Of a DNA stretch of 64,000 nucleotides, positions 52,681-64,000 are shown piece after piece. The DNA is from Octopus sinensis. Its lineage: Eukaryota. The notes below the pieces were generated by a model that was not told the DNA's origin, did not search any database, and worked only from the letters and a program-made list of their open reading frames with translations. The position numbers and the translations under genes are program-made. The stretch covers positions 121,458,001 through 121,522,000 of the forward strand of contig NC_042999.1 of NCBI RefSeq assembly GCF_006345805.1. The letters are read 5' to 3'. How positions within the stretch are numbered: position 1 is the first letter of the stretch; each line of letters starts with the position of its first letter.

Positions 52681-54964
52681 CATTAAATGAAACTGAAAAG
52701 AGTTGGTAGAGTGATCAGTATCACTGAGGAAGGAAGAGCATCTCAAGATCGTTTTGGTGTCATATTTTAAAGAAAAAAATCCTGTGAAGAAAGCCATGTA
52801 GAACTAATACTATTAGACAAAAAAGTGTGTAGCAATTAAGTCTGGTGTAGCCTTTGTCTCTATTCTAAAATTTTGTGGGGAAAAGCAATATGATAATTAA
52901 CATAAAGATATGCTAGACATAAAAATTTTAAAAATTAAATCTATGTAAAATGACCAGTCATATGTATCAAGTTGCTTTTCCATGAAATCTCAATAGAAGA
53001 ATAAACTTAAGACAAAAGTACAGCAATACAAACATCATACAGATTGGCTTGGTCAAGAATTTGTTGCATTAGATACTCATAGTGAAAATCTGGGAGAATT
53101 GTTTTCATCATGAATCTTCTTCATGCCCACTAAGACTTCTGAGGGGGCTTCCAAATCAAGTACCAAGTCACATTTGTTGGTATGCATTATGGAAACAAGT
53201 TCGTCTAATGACCTGATTGGAGCTAAGGAGTTAATAATACCACAATGAACATTTCATGAAAGTTTTATATCTTTTGACTATACAGGATTGAAAAAGAGTG
53301 GCTACAGTAAGCATAATCCAGGACAACTTTCAATATTAATATTTTTATAGTCATCATACATGTTAAATCACTTCCCATGGTGTATAAAACTATTTATTGT
53401 ACTTAATTTTATATTCTTGAAATTTTGGTCATTTGAAATATCTAATGATTTGAGTGTGTGGTCTTTATACTTCATGTATTTATTTATATAAACTCTGATG
53501 ATTTTTTGTTTATTTTTGTTTTCTAAGCATTTTTGAGTTACCTTCAAAATAAGTTTGAATTATCTCAAAAATAACCTGATTTCAAAGGATTTATGCTGAT
53601 ATCATAAATAATATGCCATAGAGGGATGAAATAATTGTAAATAATATTGAAAACCTTACTTTGAAAGCAAATGGCACCAAATATATTGAGGTTGGATCCC
53701 TTAACCCGTCATGTCTTTTACTAAACTTGATTTTACAGGAAAAAATACATGTTCCTGTGATCACTATAGCCCCAGAACATTGTTAAGAAGTAACACTACA
53801 TCTTTCAGATATCTTACCAGAGTTAAAGCGATTCAACAGATGAAAGACTTGAAAAATTGCTTATGTAACATTCCAAGCACAAGGGGAAAATATAACAGCT
53901 GCTAAAGATTAGGATTGCAGAATATTGGAAAGCTGTAATTGGAGTTAAAACAATAAAGTCACGAATAATGTGAAAATGGAAATTATATGCCACTATGGCA
54001 TGAAGTTTCCATTATAAATAAAGAATCATCATTGGAAACAACAGAAAATAAAAGAGACAGTGAGGATAATGTTAAGAACACAATCGGTGAGTCTGACATT
54101 GATTTCAGCATAATCTGGCTGCTATTACTAAAAATAGGTCTAAAATACATAGTAGATAAAAGTAATGGAAACCTGTATGAGTATGAAAACAGCTTGAGCA
54201 CATGTGCATAACAATTATGGCATTCGATAACGAATGGGTGGAGTCCTAAATATATCTACAGCAAGAACTGAATAAAATAAATGTAATCTTAAAATAAACA
54301 TAAACAAGAAGAAAAGAAAAAGTTATGAATTGACATCTAGTTAGCTCACTTTTAGATTTAACATATCCCAAGTGATGAAAGAGATACAAAAAGACCGGAT
54401 GATCATGCTGAAACGTCTTTATTCATAGGCCCGCTCATTCAGAACTGACCAATGGCTACACAACATATTGGTACTGGCTGACTACTATATTCAGTTCAGT
54501 TAAAATACTGTGACAAGGTTGAATACTTATCTTTTCATTATAATTTTGTATGCTGCTATTACAAAGAGAAAACACTTGAACAGTTTTGATTTCATAATAT
54601 TTTTTCTTTTACAACTTCATAGTAGAAACTATTCATAGTAAGATCTTTGCAATCTATAAAATGAATTTGATTGGAGAATGAATTTTTATAATGCTGATGG
54701 AAACAAGCAAGATATATAGAGCATGAAATGGCTAGCTCACTCACGTATTTGGTTCTTAGTTCAGAGGAACTTTTGGAAAATAATGAAATTTTCTTTTTAT
54801 TACTCATAAATAAAAAAATATATAATTGTTTAAGTTCGCTTATTTCTACTCTTGTTATTTACTTTGACTTAAATTTGAAATTGCAGTAGTTTCCATACAA
54901 TTGAACCACTGATTTGCTAAAACAGCATTATATTTGAAGCAAATTTCAGAAGCAAAAATTCAGA

Positions 54965-55950
54965 GGTGCAGGCATAGCTGTGTGATAAGAAGCTTGCTTC
55001 TCAACCACAAGGTTTTGGGCTCAGTCTCACTGCATGGCACCTTGAGCTACTGTCTTCTGTTATAGCCTCAGGCTGACTTTGGAAGCCTGTCATATATACA
55101 TATACATACATACATACATGCACATATATATATATGTATGTATATATGTATGTCAGGTCACTTTTGAGTGCTACTAGTAACATGTAACCCAGTACAACCT
55201 GTTGCATGGTCGGGTTGTCGGCGACTAAACCGGCAACCCCACCAAGCTTGCTTGGTGAGGAGGGTGTTTATTGGACACCCTGCGGGTTGAAAAACAAAAC
55301 CCATCAAAGGGTGGAGGAACTCTTGAGAGTGAACGGCCATTCGGTAAATGTCTTAAGGCTGTATCATGCGCAGGGACATAGAAATAATCGGACTGAATAC
55401 CCGATCACACGGTTAAACCATTGGGAGTGAAGGACCCCTAGCCTTTGTTAGGGCATCCTTCTAGGAGAAGGTAACTCAAGTAACTGGGATAATTCCGACA
55501 TAAAACCTGCGGCTCAGTGGTTACCGATGATGTTGACTTGTTCTTCTTTTCGGATTATAGCTGCTGTTGCTTAGTGAGTGGGATTGACTCAGTGCACAGC
55601 CTTTCCTCACTTTAAAAAAAATCTTCTTGCACATGCATTGCGCAATAACAACATTGATTAAGCTTCGTGCAATGGCCATACTCGATAACGAGGGGGCAGC
55701 CACCATGTATGTATGTGTGTGTGTGCGTGTGTTTGTGTGTGTGTGTGTGTGTGTTTGTCCCCCACTACTGCCTGACAACCACTCTTGGTGTGTTTACATT
55801 GCTATAGCTTAGCAGTTCAGCAAAAGAGTCCAATAGAATAAGTACTAGGCTTTAAAAAGTCCTGGGATTGACTTGTTTGACTAAAACCCTCGAAGGCTGT
55901 GCCCCAGCATGGCTGCTGCCTAATGACTGAAACAATTGAAAGATAAAAGA
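54965..55950 (+). mobile_element. Dominant SINE (54965-55100 + 55700-55950) interrupted by a GC-richer insert resembling an RTE 5'UTR (about 55160-55700)
   Basis: SINE head gcaggcatagctgtgtgataagaagcttgctt; tail ggctgtgccccagcatggc..tgactgaaac. The insert carries cctttgttagggcatcc.tctaggagaagg, which I recall as an RTE 5'UTR motif. Confidence 0.65.
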
Positions 55951-57059
55951 TAATCATATTTTCTGCTTATTTTGCTGCACCATATCAATTACATGGAGCA
56001 GTTGTAACCAGTACTGCATTTTTGAGAAATGTATAAAAGCCACATGTGCAAAATCTGGCATTATATAGTTTCACTCTGAATAATTCTCCTTGATATCATT
56101 GACAGACAAAAGCTTTCTTGAAAGCTTCAGTAAAGAACATAAGCTTCTCACCAAAAGAAAATGAAAAGCAAGGAGTAAAGAATAGATATTATCTGGTTGG
56201 ACTTAGAATTATGAAGATATAATAGTTTGTTACTTGTTTGCTTAACAGTTACTATAATGTACTTATGCTTTGTAGCACTTCAATGTCCCTTTGAAGTGTT
56301 GTTATCAAAAATTATTGTCCATTTCTTTTAAAGTTGATGAAAATTATACAGACTCATTAATGCCATTTTAAGGCATTAATGCCCTGGGCTTTGACCAGGA
56401 GCTCCACATTAATCTATGTATGCTGTAGTTGTATATGTAGTGATCCCAATGCATTGCTTTGCTTGGGGGTATATTATGTTATTAAGGTGGGTCTATCATT
56501 CACAGAAACATATACAAAATTCATGTAATATTTTCATTCATTATAATATTGTTTGTTATGCATTTTAGGATTTTTTTTATAACTTATTCATTAAAAATTA
56601 GTATAAATAACAAAACTGGTTAATTGAATCGAATAAAATTCGTTTTAGTATTTTGTATTTGATATTACTGAAAAGTATTGTATTTCATACAAGAAGACAG
56701 TTTTGTGGAAGAATTAGCCAACATGAATCTTCAACAGCTGTGCATGGTACTTTAATCCATCCCATAGAGATGAAATACAAAAACTGGCTCCTAAGTATCA
56801 CTTTGTTTATAGAGTTGGAAGTGAAAATTGCTATTGATTTCAAATATATTTCTTAGAAATACTAAATTTGAAATTCAATGACAACCAACGACTACAAGAA
56901 AAAAGAGAGGTTAATGCTAAAGTTATAATAATTTGTTATACAAAATATCTCTTTCCCCAATAAAATTGACCTGACATTAGTTTTCAACTGCATTAATTCC
57001 AATAATTTTTTTTAAAAGACATTGTCTTTGATTTTATTTTATTGCAATTCTCTCAGCAT

Positions 57060-57485
57060 TGGATCGGTAGAATAATGTAGGATAATTTTGTTCCAGTATT
57101 TTACATTCTGAGTTCAGATTGCAGTGGGGTCAACTTTGTCTTTTATCCCTCAGGGATTGATAAAATAAAATACATGTCAAGTACCATGGTTCATGGTATT
57201 GACTTAAACCCTTCCCTCAAAATTTCTGGTTTTGCATCTAAATCATAAACCATTATTTTGTGAGTATCTGGACAGGGGATTGATAGAATTGATAAAACGT
57301 TAGATGAATTATTTTGCAGTATTTGTCCTGGATCTTTACATTCTGAGACCACATCCCATTAAAGTCAATTTTGCAATCATGCTTCTGGTCTCAATAAAAT
57401 AAAGTCCTGGCTGAGTATTAAGATTGATTTAAATGACTAACCCTCTCTCCTTAAATTTCTAGCCTTGTACTTATGTTAGAAAAAG
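57060..57485 (+). mobile_element. Two tandem degenerate copies of a third SINE family
   Basis: tttacattctgag..gtcaa.ttt..ataaaataa..cc.tc.c..aaattt.t repeated at 57060-57250 and 57270-57485. Confidence 0.6.
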
Positions 57486-59940
57486 TCATTTTGTGATTCT
57501 TGAACTGGATATTCTTGTACCTGAATCATGTATATCCAAATTCAAATTTTATTGACTGAATTGAATAATAAACCTTGCCTACAAATATAATTCTGATCAG
57601 ATCTCAAGTTTGCCAATCTTTCACTTGACTCATAAATGCTAAAAGTGATGAAACTAATAAAATTATGTTTTGTTTAGGAAACATTAGTGAGAGTAAATTA
57701 TAATAAATCTTTGATGCATTCATGCAATGAAAATAGCAACTTGATTGGAAATATGTTAGATATCCTAGAATATAAGAGTTGTACAAAACAGATTTTTTTT
57801 ATTGATTCCAACTTTATATTAGTAACAAACGATGTACACACTTCGTGAATTTTTTTCTCAACTTTTTTAAAGTGATGTACCTAGCAATAGCAGAATGATA
57901 AATGATATTGCATAAAACTCTCTTTGCGGTATAAAGGTCTCGGTCTGGTTTGTTATTGATCTATTACTGAACTTTATACCTAGATGAATGAGATAACCTA
58001 TTTTTTATTGCATCTGCTTTTGTAAAAATCGGATTCTGGTGCAAGCAAAAAGGGAGTTGTTGGCCATATTGGCTGCGCTGAAAGATGGCAAGCATTAATT
58101 TTAAATGAGATTGCTTAGTTATACAATTCTGAAATGTTTTCTTCCAAAGTCTTGGTGGGTTAAGGAATTTGGTAAGTAGATATCTTACACATTCAAAATA
58201 GAAGTTGTCATCTTGAGAAGATGTGGAGCTATAAGCACTGATAAAGGTCTACTGGTTTGAAACTTGCAAACTTCTAAATGTGCACGCATTTGTTAGTGTA
58301 TACAGTCTGACAGAAAACTTAGTTAAATGGTTTTCAAGTGTATACACTTGATATACATGCATATATATATATATATATTACAAATTATATTACTGACCTG
58401 AATGTTATTGCCTGCTTCTAAGCAATCAATTGCTTTGAGAATATCTACTAAAGAAAATATATTGATATTTGGCCATATTCCCCAGTTAATCTCTCTCTTT
58501 CTCTCTGTTTTTCTCTTTCTTAAATGTGTGTGTACCTGTTTCTATATAAAAATATACATACATAGTAATCACACACAATAACTCACCATCTGAAAGAATC
58601 TTAAAGTATGACTGTTCAAATCTCAGTGCCCTATACAACATGTGTCCTATACACATGAGTGCATATATACATGAGATGAACAATATTAGTTTCCAGATCC
58701 AAGCTCAAAGTGCTTTCCAAAGCTGACACAAACTATGGTAATGTTGACAATATTGAAATCAATATGTAATACCCATAATGTTTCAATCCTAATGTGAAAG
58801 TCATATGCTGTTGTCCTGTTGGTTTACTTGTAAAATGTTGATTATCCCTATAAGTGCTCAAAATGAAATTCATGTCTTTGGGATGAGATGTGACCAGTCA
58901 ATAGAATCAATGTATCTTAAATTAGCAGTTAATGTCTCTAACCTAAGACAGTATACATAGAGAAGCTGTACTGTCTGTTCACAAGTCTGCAAATGAATTT
59001 GTGCAGCTACTGAATTTGTCAATCTCTTATAAAAATAATCAAGACAAAAAGATTGGCATGGTATGGATATTTTCAATACACACACTAAAGGCCTTTCAGA
59101 TTTTTACTGTTAACTGAGATTTTCTTATGTTAAGGAGAAAGTACACTAAAATACAGAGGACAACATGTGAAGGGAAGATTTAGAAAATCTCAATTAACTT
59201 TAAAAATCTGAAAAGAATTTAGTGTGTGTATTAGAGCTGTTGAGCAATTATTGATGAGTGACAACGTTTGGTGACTATGTTACATTCATAATAACCACAC
59301 TTTTATATAAGTTACCTTTTTTTTAACTTAAAAAGTTGAATTGATAGAACAGCATCCAAGAGATATTAAATGGATTAAGCACAAGTTTTCACTGCATAAT
59401 ATGTTAAATAATAATACAAAGACTGTTCACTATTATTGAGAACAAATGAAGTAGAAATATTTAGAATGTCTTATCAACAAAGTGATTGTCATAGCTTCAA
59501 GTAGCCTTTCAGGTCATTCTAGGCAAAACAAGCAGAAAAAGTGAAAACACTTATGGTATTGAGTGACATAACTCTTTATAGTATCATAGGTTATTGTGTA
59601 AGGAAATGTGGAAGAGGATGTGAGACCATCTCACAGAGCAGAGCGATATGGTTCCATGTGCACTGCTGGTTGGCTCTGCTATGGTTCACTTCTCTAGCTT
59701 TTTATGTCCTCATCGGAGAATCTCTAGAAAGTTCAACCTGACTATTTAGATGGAAGGTTCCATCTCACTTGGTTACACACCAGCCAATCTGATTATCTAA
59801 ATCATATTCACGAAGGCATTTTTACCTTTTCTAGCAACACAATTTTTCAAAACTGGCCTTGACTTTTATGACAGAATGATAGGCCATAGTCCTGAGCTGG
59901 CTGTCTTAAATGTGATAACTCAGAACTCAGCAGAAGTAAA

Positions 59941-60269
59941 GGGCATGGACTGCATCCCATTTATTATTTTTTTATGGTATTTTTCTACAGAAACCCACTT
60001 TTTCAACTGCAGCAATTACAAATCTGCAAAAAGAAAAAAAAATCGGCATTTCAAATGTGGGGTGTTTATTTATTTATTTATTTTTGAAAAATTGAAATTT
60101 TACAAAATTGTTTTTTCAGAATCATTATCTCTATATTTTTCACCAAAAATATTTCTAAAAAAAAGTGAAAAATTGGAGTGCGGGGTGGAGTGGGGGATAA
60201 AATTTTGAAATAAGGATTTTTTTTTTGCAGATTTGGAATCTCCGCAGTCGAAAAAGTGGGTCCATGTCC
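59941..60269. mobile_element. MITE-like element with about 50-bp inverted ends
   Basis: acccactttttcaactgc..caaatctgcaaaa (59993-60044) versus ttttgcagatttg..gcagtcgaaaaagtgggtccatgtcc (60215-60269); gggcatggac at 59941. Confidence 0.6.
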
Positions 60270-61954
60270 TTTACCTCTGCCGAAGCTTCTCTACAAGAGT
60301 AGTAAATACTGATTTGATTGTCATCAGTGGTGCCTTAGCTCTGTATTTCTCACTGTGTGCGTGTGTGTGTGTGTGTGTGCATGAAGTGAGGGTATTGGTA
60401 GGATAATCGTTCAGTCCTCTGAGAATTGAAAAGGGATAGACAAATTGCTGTATAATAAAATTATAATGAGAAAAGTTAGACACCATTTGACAATTTTTCC
60501 TAACTGAAAGTTACAGTCATGAATATTTGAATGAGTTTTGCAGCATCTCCTGCAGATGTATCTAATAGTGTGTGTGTTTATGTGCAGTCAAACTTCAATT
60601 GTTCCAAATATATTAACAGCATGGTTCATCTAGAATATTGCTTCCAATTCCTAAATAAACTCCTATGGGCAAAAGTAGACAATGTTTTAAAATGCTGTGG
60701 CTAAATATAAGCATAAAGTATTTGTTGATGACCTCATATTAAAGAACTACAATGTAAATAAGGGTAAAATTGAATTTGATTATATCAAAGAGTGGCCCCT
60801 TCCTCAATACAGAAAATGCACTATGATTTCAGACATTTTGGAGTCATGATACATGAAGGTAAAACATAGATATATAGTCTAGTGATTATACAAATGAACT
60901 ACAATAAAAATAATTGTGAAAGTGCCAACATTTGATAGAAATATTCCTACTGTTACTTGGTTTTTCAGTGGCTTAGAACTGATACACGTTGATAATTTGT
61001 TTGAATTTTCTGTGATATGAAAAAAAATGTTTCTTTGTAAAAGTGGAAGAATTAGAAATAGTGAAAGTGCATAATGTCCTCTTTATACTGTATAATTGTT
61101 CTGATAATTTTAATTAATTAGAAGATGAGAGGTAGTACCAATAACTTTTGAAATTCCTCCAAGATTGTTTAAATCAAAGTTGTAATATTCATATTGAATT
61201 TCTGAAAGGAAGTTAAGAGCAAGAGCAAAATGCAAAATAACTAAGTAAAGGGTTTTATTGTGTGAGGTGTAGGCATAGGCTGAGATACAATAGATGATGT
61301 GAGATAAGTAGATGCAGCTAAATCAGGTGGGTTTTGGTCATGGTGTTTACAGTTTGTTGCTTCTGTTGAGCATATAAAATAAACAGAAAGCCTGAGTAAA
61401 TGGTTGTAGTGTGTTGGTGAGGCCAAATGGCCTTCTCCATTTAGTCTAAATTATGTGTGTGTGTGTGTGTGTGTGTGCAGCACAATGCCATGTTCTTAGG
61501 TGAGCTTTGTGTCAGGTCAGCATCAAACCAAGCTAAAATATTTTCTGGTTTCTGGCTCCTCTTATGAGTAAGTTCATCCTTTGGGATGTAGCTTTAGCAG
61601 TATTCTGTATAAGTAGATGTGAATGAAAGTCTATTAGAAATGCTTAGAAGAAGGTTTAGCATTTCTGGTGACTTGTTGGAGGTGAGGTTATCAGAAGAGC
61701 CAAAAGTATGAATTGTGTAGGCCAGCATGTGATTTACACCAGTGTGCGGAAGTCAAAAGAAGCAGGTGACATAGCATCCACTGTGTAGGAGCGTGTAATA
61801 TATATAAAACTTAATATCTATAAAACCGTGACAAGCTTGTTTATTTTTATGTTTTTTTTATTTATTATTAGTGTTGCTTAATACGCTTTGCTAAAATTCC
61901 TCTTTCGTTTCAGTTATAATCAGAAAAAAGTAATTAGAATTCATTAAAAACATA

Positions 61955-63030
61955 AATCTGTCAGACTTTCAAAGAGGTCAAATTGCTGGTGCTCATACGG
62001 TGGGTGCTAGCATAACGTAAACAGCCAAAATGTTTTGTGTATCAAGAAGTACTGTCTCAAAAGTAATGGCAGCCTTTGAGAAAAAGGGAAAAACCTCCTT
62101 GTTGAAACTAAACTCTGGAAGAAAACCAAAACTTTCAGATAGGGACCGTCTGACTCTTACACAAATTGTTAGAAAGGATCACAAAAGTACAGCTCCCAAA
62201 ATTACTACAGAGCTTAATGACCACCTCAAGCATCCAGTTTCCACAAAAACTGTTTGACGGGTGCTTCACAAAGCTGGATTTCTTGGGAGGGCTGCAATCA
62301 GAAAGCCACTACTCCCAAAAACAAATGTTGCAAAGCATTTAGAGTGGAGTAAAAACCTACAGAATTGGTCCCTAGAAAGGTGGAAGAATGTTATTTTCTT
62401 GGACAAGTTATTCTTTGCCTTATTCTCAACCACCAGCTGAGTATACGTGTGGAGACAGCCAAAAGAAGCATTTGACCCAGACTGCCGTCTTCCAACTGTT
62501 AAACATGGAAGAGGATCTGTGATGATCTGGGGTGGGGGCTATATCTTGAAAATCCACTGGCTCAATGGTTTCCTTTCATGGCAGAATTAATAGTCAAGGC
62601 TATTTAAGCATTTTATCTGATCAAATTCCTCCTATTGTTACGGAACTCTTTCCGGATGGAAACGCAATCTTTCAGGATGATAATGCACCAATTCACACAG
62701 CTAAAGTTGCTACTGAATAGCCAAGAAACATTCTAGTGAAGTTGAACATCTTACCTGGCCATCACAGTTCCCAGATCTCAATATTATTGAACATTTATGA
62801 TGCATTTTATGAAAACAAGTAAGGATTGCTATCCTTCACCATTATCACTACAAGAACTGGAGACTTAGCTGAAGAATGGACAAAAATTCCTTTTGAAACA
62901 ATTCAAACTTTGTACGAGTCCATACCTCATAAAATTCAAGCTGTAATTACTACCAAAGGTTGTCCTACTCCATATTAAAATAAATTTGTTTGAAATTTTA
63001 AGTTGTTTCCATTATTTTGTCCAACCCCTG
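61955..63030 (+). mobile_element. Tc1-family transposon relic, left TIR missing
   Basis: LSDFQRGQI..VSRSTVSKV..SGRKPKLSDRD, KHGRGSVMIWG, FQDDNAPIH and PDLNIIEHL. Right TIR tgtttccattattttgtccaacccctg + TA at 63004-63032. Confidence 0.9.
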
Positions 63031-64000
63031 TAAGTTAGAATACAGAGTATAGTGTGGCAAGCAGAGAAGAGTTAGAGATATGTATATCTTGTGTTTCAGT
63101 GATAAAGGCATATGATTTGCATATTAATAAATGTTAGGTGGGATCTGATTTGAAGTTCCCAGATAGTGTGTTGTTCAACTTATGAGAGAATATTGTGCAA
63201 ACCTGTTTCTTTGAAGTAGATGATGATTTTGCCTCTGTGCCATGAAAAGAAATTTCTATCAAGGGACTGCAAATGCCAGGAGTTTCAAAAGGTAGGGGAG
63301 AGTTTCTTATGTATTTTTCTACTTTTAAGACTGTAAGGAGCAGCTTGCTATTAGCTCATTTTCTAAGATGAGCTAATAGCTAATTATGATATGGATCCTT
63401 TTTTGGCTTGCACTAAGTTAGTTAAAATGGGCATGTGTCATGTCTATTTGAGAAATATTTATTATATAGGAAAATAATGACCTAAATATATATCCACGAT
63501 AAATGATACCAGAAACAATATGGTTTCAGATGTAGATATTTTCTGTGACTCTTTAGTTGTGTAGAAAATATAAATTGAATTAATGATGTAATTCAAATGA
63601 AATTATACTAATTATACTAATTAGAGAATTAGATATATATGATTTATATTTATCAATAAATTGATTTTGTAAATTTCACACTCCAAAGAAAATGAAAAAT
63701 GATGAAATGTCATCAAATATACTGTATTCAGCATAGTTGTACATCCATGCAAATGAGATGGTACAGCATATTTGTCCATTTGAATGGGTCTGTATAACGT
63801 GCATGTTCATTCAAGTGAGTATATATGATGCCCGTGCAAGTGAGTCTGTATAAGGTTTGCTCAGACAAGTGAATCTCTATGATGTATGTTACCATGCACA
63901 CTTAAGTGTATATGATGTGTGTTATATGAATGAGCCAGTGAGAGATATGTGCATAGATAAATCATGTTGTTAACAATATTTAATGAAAGTAAACTGGAAA

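Noticed and set aside
6868-57485. tRNA-like A/B boxes as tRNA genes
   Set aside because: They are SINE heads followed by family-specific bodies and do not form complete cloverleafs.
49230-58180. Strong donor-like sites (ctaag|gtaagt near 49293; atttg|gtaagt near 58172) as downstream exons
   Set aside because: No open frame with a suitable acceptor upstream could be supported by eye.

Overview
AT-rich animal genomic DNA, most likely Octopus. That is an inference from repeat families I recognise and from the very high (TA)n/(TG)n microsatellite content. The only credible host coding sequence is a 92-codon first exon (2454-2729, +) encoding a signal-peptide-bearing protein of unknown family. 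No further exon was found, so the rest of the window is probably one large intron. It is packed with mobile DNA: a near full-length CR1/L2-group LINE (about 30083-34081) with two truncated sibling copies and one related-subfamily fragment, RTE relics, two Tc1 elements (one with IR/DR ends), mariner and hAT relics, MITEs, a non-autonomous Helitron, many tRNA-derived SINEs, several long foldbacks and kilobase microsatellite arrays. Three observations stand out. (1) The LINE ORF1 reconstructs, across frameshifts, as Myb/SANT-like domain + coiled coil + CCCH zinc finger. (2) The LINE 3' terminal about 39 nt, including a 5-bp/4-nt-loop hairpin with compensatory changes, is shared with the dominant SINE in the window, suggesting a SINE-LINE partnership. 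(3) At least four Penelope-type minimal hammerhead motifs occur, some inside palindromes and one in a tRNA-headed SINE. Nearly all computed ORFs in the TA/TG/ATCT arrays are microsatellite artefacts. All alignments were done by eye.
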